Origin: an uncultured Dictyoglomota bacterium
GTDB taxonomy: Bacteria > Dictyoglomota > Dictyoglomia > Dictyoglomales > Dictyoglomaceae
Assembly: GCA_964654465.1 (NCBI GenBank)
Contig: CAZZIO010000064.1
Span: 1-53,986, forward strand
DNA: 53,986 nucleotides
Direction of reading: 5' to 3'
This document shows positions 38,859 to 49,500 of the stretch, in pieces. Every line of letters begins with the position of its first letter. Positions within the stretch are counted from its first letter, which is position 1. A model generated the notes under the pieces. It saw only the letters and a list, made by a program, of their open reading frames with translations, was not told the DNA's origin and ran no database searches. Position numbers and translations under genes: made by a program.

Positions 38859-39257
38859 ATGCACGAGTGGGCTTTAGCAGAAGGTGTTGTAAACACAGCT
38901 TTAGAAATAGCTCAGAATAAAAATCTGAGAGAGGTAAAAACTTTATTGTTAAAAGTAGGAGAAATTCAACAAATAGATTTAGAAATTTTTGATTTTGCAT
39001 TAAAAGAACTTTCTAAAGACACAATTTTAGAGAATGCAGAAATAAAATATGAGAATTTTACAGCTTATCTATTATGCAATTTTTGTGGACATAAATGGGC
39101 TTTTTACGAAAGTTTCAACCAACTTAATGAAGAAGAAAAAGAAGCAATTCACTTTGTGCCAGAAACCATCCATGTATATATTAAATGTCCAAAATGTGGA
39201 AGCCCTGATTTTGAAATAACAGAAGGAAGAGGAGTATTTATAGAGGATGTATTATGA
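38859..39257 (+). CDS. hypA: Hydrogenase nickel metallochaperone HypA (Thermococcales-like long form)
   Basis: MHE Ni motif, CNFC...CPKC Zn finger with long spacer containing IHFVPE. Confidence 0.95.
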   Translation: MHEWALAEGVVNTALEIAQNKNLREVKTLLLKVGEIQQIDLEIFDFALKELSKDTILENAEIKYENFTAYLLCNFCGHKWAFYESFNQLNEEEKEAIHFVPETIHVYIKCPKCGSPDFEITEGRGVFIEDVL

Positions 39258-39985
39258 AACTCATTGATCCCAGATTATCGGTAATTGAAAAAAGGTTAGA
39301 AAACGTAAAAAGAATTATACCTGTAGCAAGTGGAAAGGGAGGAGTTGGAAAAAGCATTATATCTGCACTTTTGGCCCTTTTGTTAAAGGAAAAAAATTAT
39401 AAAATAGGACTTTTAGATCTTGATTTATATGGTCCTTCGTTACATATTCTTTTGAACAATCAACATTCCTTTCCCAAAGAGGAATATGGCCTAAAACCGG
39501 TAAATATTAACAATATTGATTTCATGTCCATCATTTACTTTACCCAAAACAAACCCCTTATCATGAGAGGGAAAGAATTAACAGACACCCTGATTGAGCT
39601 ATTCACAATTACAAGATGGAATTCTCTTGACTTCCTTATTATAGATATGCCTCCTGGAATGGGAGAGATACTCTTAGATCTTATAAGATTAATCAATAGA
39701 TTGGAATTTCTTATAGTAACAAACTCTACGAAAATTGCCATGGAAACAGTAGAAAAGCTTATAATATTTTTAAAAGATCAAAATATACCCATAATTGGGC
39801 TCATTGAGAACATGAAAATAGGAGATCAAGATTTTGTAAAAGAAAAATGTAATAGTTTAGGTATAAACTATTTAGGAAAAATTTCCTTCTACCATAAGTT
39901 AGAAGATTATTACGGAGATAATAAAGAAATAATAAATTCTCCTATCTCAGAAGAAATCTCTCAAATAGTTAATTTCTTTGTATAA
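39254..39985 (+). CDS. Mrp/MinD-family ATPase, probably ATPase-type HypB
   Basis: SGKGGVGKS, DLD..G.S, IDMPPG.G, ENM without the following CxxC; coupled to hypA. Confidence 0.8.
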   Translation: MKLIDPRLSVIEKRLENVKRIIPVASGKGGVGKSIISALLALLLKEKNYKIGLLDLDLYGPSLHILLNNQHSFPKEEYGLKPVNINNIDFMSIIYFTQNKPLIMRGKELTDTLIELFTITRWNSLDFLIIDMPPGMGEILLDLIRLINRLEFLIVTNSTKIAMETVEKLIIFLKDQNIPIIGLIENMKIGDQDFVKEKCNSLGINYLGKISFYHKLEDYYGDNKEIINSPISEEISQIVNFFV

Positions 39986-40013
39986 AAATCTTGTATAAGA
40001 GAGAGGGTGGACT

Positions 40014-41693
40014 ATGGAGAACATCAAGATTAAAGTAAATGGAAGTGAGGTAGAAGTTTCTCCTGGTAAAACTGTACTCCAAGTCTTAAGTGAACTTGGT
40101 ATACACGTACCTGTGCTTTGCCATTATGAACCCCTTATGCCTCAAGGTTCATGTAGGCTGTGTGTAGTAGAAGATAGAGGTGTTTTAAAAACTGCTTGTA
40201 CAACTCCTGTAGAGCCCAACATGGACATAAAAACCGATACACCTAACGTAATCAATTCAAGAAAACTGGTCCTACAGCTCCTATTTACCGAAAGGAACCA
40301 TTATTGTATGTATTGTGAAGTCACTGGTGAATGTGAACTTCAAGATCTGGGATACGAATTTGGATTAGATCACTTTGAGTTTCCTACTTACGAGAGAAAA
40401 TTCCCCGTAGACAATTCCCATCCCTTCATAATTATGGATCATAATCGCTGTGTACTATGTAGAAGATGTGTAAGAGCATGTTCTGAAATAGCAGGACACT
40501 TTGTACTTGGTGAAATGGAAAGAGGAATTGATACCATGATTATCGCAGATATGGACATACCCCTTGGTAAGTCCTCTTGCGTATCTTGTGGACTTTGCGC
40601 CCAAGTATGCCCAACAGGAGCTATCATAGATAAAAGATCTGCCTACTTAGGGAGAGAAGTACAATCGGATGTTATCTATACAAACTGTGACTTATGTCCT
40701 GTAGGATGTGGTATAGAGGTTTATAAAAAGAAAGGAGCAAATTTCATAGTAAAAATATATGGAGATTGGAACTCTGATGTATCTCAAGGAGTTCTTTGCA
40801 AAGTTGGAAGATATTTATCCCTTTATGATGAAAAGAAAAGATTAACAGGAATAAGAGTAAAAGATGATTTTGGATACAGAAAAATTAGTGAAGATCAACT
40901 TATAAAATTAGTAAAAGATAAGATAGATAAAGGAATCGCTTATGTAGATGGTACTTTATTTAATGAAGAATTGGAGTTAATTAAAGAATTATTCAAAGAT
41001 AAAGTATATGCCCTCAATCCTGAGGAAATTCCCATATCATCTAATATAACCTTAAACGATTTGGATAATAGAAACTTCTACGTTGTTATTGGTGCAGATC
41101 TCAATAGAGAATATGGTACCGTAGGATCCATAGTGAAAAGAAATGTTATAGGAAATAAAGCAAAACTTATGGTAATAGATAAGGAATTTAATAGTCTTGC
41201 TAAACTTGCTGATTATGTGTTTAACATAAAAGATATGTCCATGGCTTTGGAAATAATTAAGAAACAAGATGACGTAGTAGTTATATATAAGGATATAAAT
41301 AGCGATGAAATAAAGCTCCTATCCTCATTAACAAATGCCAAATTCCTCTATCTACCAAAAGAGACTAATTCCTTAGGGCTTCAAAAATTAGGAATAAAAC
41401 ATAACAACATTACTGCTGAATATGTATTTGTATTCGGAAAGAATTTAGAAGGCTTAAAGAATCTAAACATAAAGGATGCTACAGTCTTTGTATTTACACC
41501 ATATGAAAATGATGAAATTCACAAAGCAACTGTATTAGTCGGAATCTCTAACGGTTTTGAAAGAGAAGGAACTTTCTATAATTTAGAAGGAAAGAAGTTA
41601 AAGAGAGAAAAAGTACTAAGACCAACATATGACACTGTAGATTTAAAGACTTTCCTTTCACAAATCTTAGGAAGAGCAGAAAAAGTTTCTTAA
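40014..41693 (+). CDS. Multi-Fe-S subunit (HoxU/NuoG/HydA-like) with degenerate molybdopterin-oxidoreductase-like C-terminus
   Basis: 2Fe-2S (LC..GSCRLC..AC), HYCMYC...C, CVLCRRCVRAC, CVSCGLCAQVCP, CDLCPVGC...LC; no H-cluster motifs. Confidence 0.88.
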   Translation: MENIKIKVNGSEVEVSPGKTVLQVLSELGIHVPVLCHYEPLMPQGSCRLCVVEDRGVLKTACTTPVEPNMDIKTDTPNVINSRKLVLQLLFTERNHYCMYCEVTGECELQDLGYEFGLDHFEFPTYERKFPVDNSHPFIIMDHNRCVLCRRCVRACSEIAGHFVLGEMERGIDTMIIADMDIPLGKSSCVSCGLCAQVCPTGAIIDKRSAYLGREVQSDVIYTNCDLCPVGCGIEVYKKKGANFIVKIYGDWNSDVSQGVLCKVGRYLSLYDEKKRLTGIRVKDDFGYRKISEDQLIKLVKDKIDKGIAYVDGTLFNEELELIKELFKDKVYALNPEEIPISSNITLNDLDNRNFYVVIGADLNREYGTVGSIVKRNVIGNKAKLMVIDKEFNSLAKLADYVFNIKDMSMALEIIKKQDDVVVIYKDINSDEIKLLSSLTNAKFLYLPKETNSLGLQKLGIKHNNITAEYVFVFGKNLEGLKNLNIKDATVFVFTPYENDEIHKATVLVGISNGFEREGTFYNLEGKKLKREKVLRPTYDTVDLKTFLSQILGRAEKVS

Positions 41694-41708
41694 AAAGAGG
41701 TGAAAACA

Positions 41709-42251
41709 ATGGGTAAGATAAAAGTAGCTTCCATATGGTGTGAGGGATGTTCTGGATGCCATATGTCCTTCTTAGATATGGACGAAAGACTTGTAGAACT
41801 TATAAATAAAGGCCTGGAGATCAATGCTACTCCTATAACAGATTTAAAGATACCTGATGAAGGAACAGATATAGGAATAATTGAAGGAGCAGTAGCCACA
41901 GACCATCATGAAGAAGAAGTAAAAATGATGAGAGAAAAATGTAAATTTATAGTTGCCCTTGGAGATTGTGCTGTATTTGGTGGAATTCCTACCATGAGAA
42001 ACTATGTTTCTGTAGAAGAACTTCTTGAAAGAGGCTATATTACCACAGAAAGTACAGTACAAGGTAAAATACCTTCTTCTGAAGAGCTAGGGAAACATCT
42101 TCCCAAAGTAAAAGCGGTAAATGAAGTTATAAAAGTAGATTTCTACATCCCAGGTTGTCCACCCTCAGCAGATGCTATTTATTATGTATTAAAAGAAATT
42201 TTAGAAGGAAGAGTACCTAAATTAGAAGGCGAACTTCTTAAGTATGAATAA
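41709..42251 (+). CDS. hoxY: [NiFe] hydrogenase small subunit (HoxY/HydS type, single cluster)
   Basis: GCSGCHMS, EGAV, GDCA..GG, PGCPP; ATG 41709. Confidence 0.9.
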   Translation: MGKIKVASIWCEGCSGCHMSFLDMDERLVELINKGLEINATPITDLKIPDEGTDIGIIEGAVATDHHEEEVKMMREKCKFIVALGDCAVFGGIPTMRNYVSVEELLERGYITTESTVQGKIPSSEELGKHLPKVKAVNEVIKVDFYIPGCPPSADAIYYVLKEILEGRVPKLEGELLKYE

Positions 42252-42264
42252 TGAGGTGAGAACT

Positions 42265-43689
42265 ATGGAAAGAAAAATTACCATAAGCCCAGTTACAAGA
42301 ATAGAAGGACACGCAAGAGTTACAATCCATTTAAATGAAGATGGAAAAGTGGAAAAAGCCTTTATGCATGTAGACCAATTTAGAGGCTTTGAAAAATTCT
42401 CTGAAGGAAGACATTTCTCTGAAATGCCAATTATAACACCAAGAATCTGCGGAATATGCCCCATTAGTCACCATTTAGCATCTGCTAAAGCTACTGATGA
42501 AATCATAGGAGTAGATATACCAAAGACCGCTAAACTTCTGAGAGAACTAATCCACATGGGGCAGTTTATTCAATCCCATTCAATGCATTTTTTTGAGCTT
42601 GCAGGGCCAGATCTTATACTTGGTTGGGATGCTGATCCCAAAATAAGAAATGTGGTAGGATTAATTCAAGCTAATCCTCAACTTGCTTTAAAAGCAGTAA
42701 AGCTTAGAAAATTTGGACAAAGAATTATTGAACTTGTAGCAGGAAGAAGAATACATCCCACATTTGCAATACCTGGAGGAGTAAACTCTGCACTATCTAT
42801 CGAAGCAAGAGACGAGATATTAAAAGGAATAGATGAGATGATAGAGTATATAAAAGAGGGTATAAAAATAGCAGAGGACTTTATAGAGAAGAATAAAGAA
42901 ACTTGTAACAAATTTGCCAGCTTCTCCACAGGTTATATGGGACTTGTAAAAGAGGATGGATCATTAGAACTTTATGATGGAAAAATAAGATTCATGGATA
43001 AAGATGGAAATATAGTAAAAGAATTTAAGCCTAAGTACTATCTTAAATATATTGGAGAAAAAGTGGAAGATTGGACATACTTAAAATTCCCCTATTACAA
43101 ACCTTTTGGATATCCTGAGGGAGTATATAGAGTAGGACCTCTTGCAAGACTAAATGTGGCGGAAAAAATAAGCACACCTTTAGCAAATGAAGAATTCAAA
43201 AAATTCAAAACTCTTGGAAATGGAAAACCAGTAGAAGGATCCATATATTATCACTATGCAAGATTAATTGAAACCATCTATGCATTAGAAAGAACAAGAG
43301 AAATTCTTGAGGATCCAGACGCAATGAGCCAAGATGTATTAAGGCTTGGAGAAGTAGTCAATGAGGAAGGAATTGGAGTAGTAGAAGCTCCTCGTGGTAC
43401 ACTAATTCATCACTATTGGGTAGATGAAAAAGGAACTATTGAAAAAGTAAACTTGATAGTATCAACTGGACATAATAACTGGGCAATGAATAAGGCAGTA
43501 GAAGAGGTAGCAAAAGCCTTTATAGATGGGAAAAATTTAAAAGAAGGGATGCTAAATAGAGTTGAGGGAGCCATAAGATGCTATGATCCATGTCTCTCCT
43601 GCTCTACCCATGCTATAGGAAAGATGCCCCTTCTAATAGAGCTTTATGATAAAGATGGAAATCTCTTGGATACAATAAAAAGAGATTGA
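42265..43689 (+). CDS. hoxH: [NiFe] hydrogenase large subunit, group 3 (HoxH/HydL type)
   Basis: PVTRIEGH, L1 TPRICGICPISH, EAPRGTL.H, L2 RCYDPCLSCSTH plus cleavable C-terminal tail. ATG 42265 fits SD. Confidence 0.93.
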   Translation: MERKITISPVTRIEGHARVTIHLNEDGKVEKAFMHVDQFRGFEKFSEGRHFSEMPIITPRICGICPISHHLASAKATDEIIGVDIPKTAKLLRELIHMGQFIQSHSMHFFELAGPDLILGWDADPKIRNVVGLIQANPQLALKAVKLRKFGQRIIELVAGRRIHPTFAIPGGVNSALSIEARDEILKGIDEMIEYIKEGIKIAEDFIEKNKETCNKFASFSTGYMGLVKEDGSLELYDGKIRFMDKDGNIVKEFKPKYYLKYIGEKVEDWTYLKFPYYKPFGYPEGVYRVGPLARLNVAEKISTPLANEEFKKFKTLGNGKPVEGSIYYHYARLIETIYALERTREILEDPDAMSQDVLRLGEVVNEEGIGVVEAPRGTLIHHYWVDEKGTIEKVNLIVSTGHNNWAMNKAVEEVAKAFIDGKNLKEGMLNRVEGAIRCYDPCLSCSTHAIGKMPLLIELYDKDGNLLDTIKRD

Positions 43690-44108
43690 AAAAAGTATTA
43701 TTAGTAGGTTTTGGAAATCCTTATAGAAGAGATGATGGCTTAGGAATAAAGCTCCTGGACCTTATAGATGATAAGGTAGAAAAACTCAAGGTCCAGGAGC
43801 TTACTTTTGATATGGCAGAAATCCTTAAAGATTATGACATAGTCATATTCATTGATGCTTCCATAGAAGGAGATGAAATATCATTTAAAAAAATAACAGA
43901 AGAAAAGACTTTTTCCCCTCTTACCCACCACACATCCTGTGAAGAACTACTTTCCTGGACAAAAACTCTTTATAATAAAAATCCTGAATTTTATCTTCTA
44001 TCCATAAGAGGGTATGATTTTGATTTTGGAGAAGAAATCTCGGAAAAGGCTTTAGAAAACCTAAAAAAAGGATTAGAATTTATAAAAGGATTTCTTGAAA
44101 ATATATAA
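43686..44108 (+). CDS. Hydrogenase maturation endopeptidase (HoxW-like)
   Basis: GFGNP.R.DDGLG, FIDA, THH. Confidence 0.92.
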   Translation: MKKVLLVGFGNPYRRDDGLGIKLLDLIDDKVEKLKVQELTFDMAEILKDYDIVIFIDASIEGDEISFKKITEEKTFSPLTHHTSCEELLSWTKTLYNKNPEFYLLSIRGYDFDFGEEISEKALENLKKGLEFIKGFLENI

Positions 44109-46345
44109 TGGAAAAAACCTATAAAATAAAAATCTGGGGAATTGTTCAAGGAGTTGGATTTAGACCCTTTGTATACAGGCTTGCTAAAAGCCTAAATCTT
44201 AGAGGATGGATCTTAAACTCTACAGGATCTGTTCATATACTAATTCAAGGAGAGGAAGAAAAAATAAAAAAATTTTTAGATGATCTTGTAAAAGAAGCCC
44301 CTCCTCTCTCCAAAATAGAAAAAATTGAAAAAGAAGAAATAAATCTCTCAGAAAACATTATAGATTTCTCAATTATTGAAAGCAAAGAAGATACTGGATT
44401 TAACTTCATATCTCCAGATATAGCCATATGTGAAGACTGCTTTAAAGAAATGAGAGATCCAAAAGATCGCAGATTTAATTATCCATTTATAAACTGTACT
44501 AACTGTGGCCCAAGATATACCATTATTGAAGATTTACCATACGACAGAGATAAAACAACCATGAAAATATTCCAGATGTGTGAAAGATGCGAAGAAGAAT
44601 ATCACGATCCAGAATCAAGAAGATTTCATGCTCAACCTATATCTTGTTATGATTGTGGACCAACTCTCTGGATAGATGGAGAAGAAGCTTCAAACATTTT
44701 TGAAAAAATTGGAAAATACTTAGAAGAAGGAAAAATATTAGCTATAAAAGGGCTTGGTGGCTTCCATTTAGCCTGTGATGCCACTAATGAAAGAGCAGTT
44801 ATAAAATTAAGAGAGAGAAAGAAAAGACCATCTAAACCCTTTGCCCTTATGATGAAAGATATGGATACGATAAAGAAATACTGCTATGTGAATGAGGATG
44901 AAGAAAAAATATTACTTTCAAAAGAAAGACCAATAGTCCTTTTAAAAATTAAAGATCCAAGAGATATATCCGAATATGTGGCTCCTAATAACAAATATTT
45001 AGGCATAATGCTTCCCTACACGCCTTATCATTATCTCATATTTGATTACTTTCCAAAACCTCTCATAATGACAAGTGGAAATATATCTGATGAGCCTATT
45101 ATTAAAGATAATGACCATGCAAAGGAAAGACTTAAAAACATAGCGGATGTATTTATCTTTCATAACCGAAATATAGCCCACAGAGTAGATGATAGCGTAG
45201 TTTTTGTAGAAAACAAAGAATTAAATATTATAAGAAGAGCAAGAGGATATGCTCCTGATCCAATAAAAATTCCTATAAAGATAAAGCCTACTCTTGCCCT
45301 TGGTGGAGAACTGAAAAACACCTTTTCCCTTGGTAAAGAAAATTATGTTTTCATGAGTCCCCATGTTGGAGATTTAAAAGATAAAGATACCCTTCAGGTA
45401 TATGAAGAAATAATTCAAGAGTTCATCAGACTATTTAGGATAGAGCCTGAAATCTTAGTACATGACTTACATCCCCAATATTTATCCACAGATTTTGCAG
45501 AAAAATTTAAAAAATATATGGAGGTAAAAGCCATTCAACATCATAAAGCTCACTTTTTCTCTCTACTTTTAGATAGAGGAATCACTGATAATATTATTTG
45601 TTTCTCCTTTGATGGTACTGGATATGGGGAAGATGGAAATATATGGGGTGGAGAAGTATTTATAGGAAATTTGGAAGAAGTAAAAAGAGTAGCTCATTTT
45701 AAATATTTTCCAGTGGCTGGAGGAGATTATGCTATAGAAAACCCAAGATTAATTGCACTATCTTATATAACCAAATATTTACCATCTGAAATTGAAAAGA
45801 TATTCCCCCATATTGATCCATTTGAAAAAGAGATAACAAAAAGATTAATTGAAAAAGATGAAAACATATTTTACACATCCTCCTGTGGTAGAATTTTTGA
45901 TTTAGTCTCTGCCCTTTTAGGAATAAGGGAAAAAATAGATTATGAAGGTCAAGCTGCCATAGAACTTGAAATGGAAGCTATGGAATCTGACGAAGAAGAC
46001 TTTTATCCCTTTAAAATGATAAAAGAAAAAGAAACATTTAAGATTGATATATATCCGACCATTGAAAAGATAATTTTAGAAAAAGAAAAGTATGAGAAAA
46101 AGGATATCGCTAAAAAATTTCATAACACCATTACCCAAATAATTCTACAAATCTCAGAAATATTAAGAGAAGAATATAAAATCAATAAAATAGGCTTATC
46201 AGGAGGTGTATTTCAAAATAGACTTCTTTTAAGAACAACTATACCCTTATTAAGAAATAAAGGTTTTGAAGTATTCACTCATAAAAATGTACCCACCAAT
46301 GATGGAGGAATCTCCTTAGGACAGATTATTTTAGGAAAAGAATAA
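44108..46345 (+). CDS. hypF: Carbamoyltransferase HypF
   Basis: GIVQGVGFRP acylphosphatase domain, CxxC Zn fingers, KGLGGFHL, DLHPQY, QHH.AH, DGTGYG, NDGGISLGQ. Confidence 0.97.
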   Translation: MEKTYKIKIWGIVQGVGFRPFVYRLAKSLNLRGWILNSTGSVHILIQGEEEKIKKFLDDLVKEAPPLSKIEKIEKEEINLSENIIDFSIIESKEDTGFNFISPDIAICEDCFKEMRDPKDRRFNYPFINCTNCGPRYTIIEDLPYDRDKTTMKIFQMCERCEEEYHDPESRRFHAQPISCYDCGPTLWIDGEEASNIFEKIGKYLEEGKILAIKGLGGFHLACDATNERAVIKLRERKKRPSKPFALMMKDMDTIKKYCYVNEDEEKILLSKERPIVLLKIKDPRDISEYVAPNNKYLGIMLPYTPYHYLIFDYFPKPLIMTSGNISDEPIIKDNDHAKERLKNIADVFIFHNRNIAHRVDDSVVFVENKELNIIRRARGYAPDPIKIPIKIKPTLALGGELKNTFSLGKENYVFMSPHVGDLKDKDTLQVYEEIIQEFIRLFRIEPEILVHDLHPQYLSTDFAEKFKKYMEVKAIQHHKAHFFSLLLDRGITDNIICFSFDGTGYGEDGNIWGGEVFIGNLEEVKRVAHFKYFPVAGGDYAIENPRLIALSYITKYLPSEIEKIFPHIDPFEKEITKRLIEKDENIFYTSSCGRIFDLVSALLGIREKIDYEGQAAIELEMEAMESDEEDFYPFKMIKEKETFKIDIYPTIEKIILEKEKYEKKDIAKKFHNTITQIILQISEILREEYKINKIGLSGGVFQNRLLLRTTIPLLRNKGFEVFTHKNVPTNDGGISLGQIILGKE

Positions 46346-46457
46346 AATTTTATACTATTTACTTTTTTCTGTTTTTTAATATAATATAAAGTAAATAGGG
46401 TAAATAACAAGACAATTTTAAATGCACATTAGAAAAATCCTAACTCAGAAAATTCAA

Positions 46458-46475
46458 TCCTGAAAATTTTCAGGA
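46458..46475. promoter_or_regulatory. Perfect 18-bp palindrome in the leader of the 1110-aa gene
   Basis: TCCTGAAAATTTTCAGGA equals its reverse complement. Confidence 0.5.
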
Positions 46476-46572
46476 AATTCATCAATTTTAGATCTTTGAA
46501 AGGGATATAGATTTTCTCCTTTTAAAAGATTCCCTCAAAAAAATTAATTTTTAAGTTATATAAGGGGGGCTT

Positions 46573-49500
46573 ATGAATAACTTAAAAAAATTAAAAACAT
46601 TTTTTCTTTTTATAACTCTTTTTTTCCTTTTATCTCAGTTAACAATAGGGAAAGAAATCACAAACTCTGAAGATTGTATTCTATTTAAAGATGATTTCGA
46701 AAGAAAGGAAATAGGTACCAACTGGATCATTGTGGATGATGCTCCTTCTTCTGATTGGAAAATACAAGATGGAAAACTTGTTCAGAACAGTAACGTGTAT
46801 AGAGCAGATAGTGAGTATGACTACTTTCAAGGTACCCACATAGTTACCAAAGAAAGTTTTTCAGATTTTATTTTTTCCTTTGATTTAACATCCACCGATG
46901 ATGATGGAATTGGAGCTGTCTTTAGATATCAAGATAAAAACAATTATTATAGATTCATCATGGTAAAAGACCCCCAAAATAAAGGACCTTTTAGAAGAAT
47001 TGACAAGATTGTTAATGGCAAACCATTTCAAGTGCTTGCTATTGATAAGAATAACGCCTATGAAGTTGGAAAAAAATATAGGATTACTATTGAAGCAGTA
47101 GGAAATCAAATTAAAGTATTCATTGATGACAAAGAAATTTTATCTACTCAAGATGCTACATTCACAACAGGAAAATTAGGTTTTATGACATATGCAAATA
47201 CTGGATACTTTGATAATGTTTGTGTTTCTATAGTAAATAACAAAACCACATCTTCTGAAAATTTAACAAGTTTTAATTGGACCGGTACGTGGGATACAAC
47301 CTGGGGAAAGATGTATTTAGTACAAGTAGGGAATATGGTTATAGGATATTATGAGCATGACAACGGAAAAGTTGCTGGTAAAGTAATAGATAATAAATTA
47401 ATAGGTATTTGGTTAGAAGCTCCCTCATACTCACCCCCAAAAGATGGAGGAGAATTTGAATTAACCCTATCTCCTGATGGCACATCCTTCACCGGCAGAT
47501 GGAGATATGGAAATTCTGGAGACTGGAATACTGATTGGGAGGGTAAAAAGATTTCTGATATTGTCCCATCTCAAGAATTTAACATCCGATCTGAAAAAGA
47601 TTCAATCTCAAACATAATTGAAGCAAGTACCAAAGAAAAAACAGTTATTTCTCCTGAACAAGTATCCTTTTATGATAAGGGAGAAAAAGCCATTCAATCA
47701 GAAATGAATATTGGTCCTTCTGGTGGTGAGATAGTATTATCAGATGGAACAAAACTTTTAATCCCTCCAAATACAATCAAAGAAGATACAAAAATAAGCA
47801 TAAAATCAATCACAAATCCAATATTTTACTCAAAGGAGGCAAAAGGGATTGAAATAAGTGGTATCCAAAAACTTTTAGGTGAAATTACTCTTGTTGTAAA
47901 TGGTCCAAAAGCTTTAACAAATGATGAATTAAACATCTTTGGCTACGACCATATAAATAAAGGGAAACTTGATTTAGAATATGAATATAATCCTTCCACA
48001 GGAATTATTTCAATAAAACTATCACCCTCTTTAATATATAGGTCATCTCTGTCAAATATAAAGTTATGTTACAACACATTAGAAAAGATAAGCGCTGATT
48101 CTAATACTCTTAGTCTAAAAGATAGACTATTCATATATATAGGATATATTCCTAAATACACCCCAAAACAAAAAGAAAAGATCATAAGAATGCCATACTA
48201 TGAACAGATTGGAGGATCTTGCGTTTCAACAAGTGCACTAATGTTTCTTAAATTTTCAGGAAAAGATATTGAACTATATGACATTTTAAGAGAGTTAGGA
48301 GCAAATGATTCTGATTTTGGCTTAGACGAAGATCAAATTGTATATTCACTGAAAGACTATCTTAGCAAAGAAACAGGTTTTACCGCCTATTCAGTACCTA
48401 TATTTAAGTTAGATCATTTAAAATGGAGGGTTCTTTCTGAAATAGATAAAGGACATCCCGTTATTTTAAGCTGGGGAGATCATGCTGTAGTATTACTTGG
48501 ATATACCGAAAATGGAGAAAAAATAATCATGCATGATCCCCAAAATATTTCTCCAGCAAACAATGAAAACGGAACTATGTACACCATCAGAGATTGGAAC
48601 TTTATAAAAAATAGACATAAATTCCCAACTGAAAAGTATATAATTATAGTTGTAGACGGAAACTTCGCTACAAGCCCGTCTTTATCCTTGGAATTACCTG
48701 CAAGAGATGAAAAAGGAGCAATGACTACAGGAGATATATCATTCCTTGTTAGAAATCCCAATAATCAAAAATTAGTACCTTTTTACCAATTACAAATAAA
48801 ACCATCAGAAAGTAAAGATGGTTATATATGGGTTAAATCAACAGGTGATAAATTAGAAATAATACCTCAAGATGCAGAAGTTTTAAATTTAAAGCTATAC
48901 ATTTATAACGGCTCAAATTACAGCAGAGATATTGAAGTGTATGCCACAATTGATGAAGGAAGATATGGAATTCCAGGAAAGCGTATAACCTACAATAGAG
49001 CTAAATTTACCATACCTGAAGCAAAGTTTAATGAGGCAAACTATATAACTTATAATCATCAATTTAAACTTGAAGATATAAGAGATTTAACACTTGGAGA
49101 TAAAGACGGAAAACAAGAGATATTAATAAGAGTGGGATTATGGGAAGGAGATTTAGTAAGAGACTCCTTCTCTATAAAAGCAGTTATATCGCTTATTCCA
49201 AAAGTTCTATCAATAGAACCAAATACAGGATCTCCTGGAGATATAATTACCATAAAAGGTCTTGCTTTTGGAAAAAATCAATCATCAAAAAGTAAAGTTA
49301 TGATAGGAAATACCACAGCTGAAATTTTAAGTTGGAATGACAAAGAGATAAAAATTAAAGTTCCTGAAAATGTTCAAACAGGTCCTGTAGTGGTATATGT
49401 TGGAGAAAAATATACTTATGAATCAAATAAAGATGTAAATTTTAATGCAAAGACAAAAGTTAAAACTCCTCTAAAAAGAAATTTAAATGGTATTCATGGG

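Noticed and set aside
40014-41693. Formate dehydrogenase or [FeFe]-hydrogenase catalytic subunit
   Set aside because: No H-cluster motifs and no recognisable Mo/W-ligand Cys/Sec-His segment; the C-terminal region is short and degenerate.
42265-43689. Possible [NiFeSe] hydrogenase
   Set aside because: The L2 motif is DPCLSC with Cys codons; there is no in-frame TGA.
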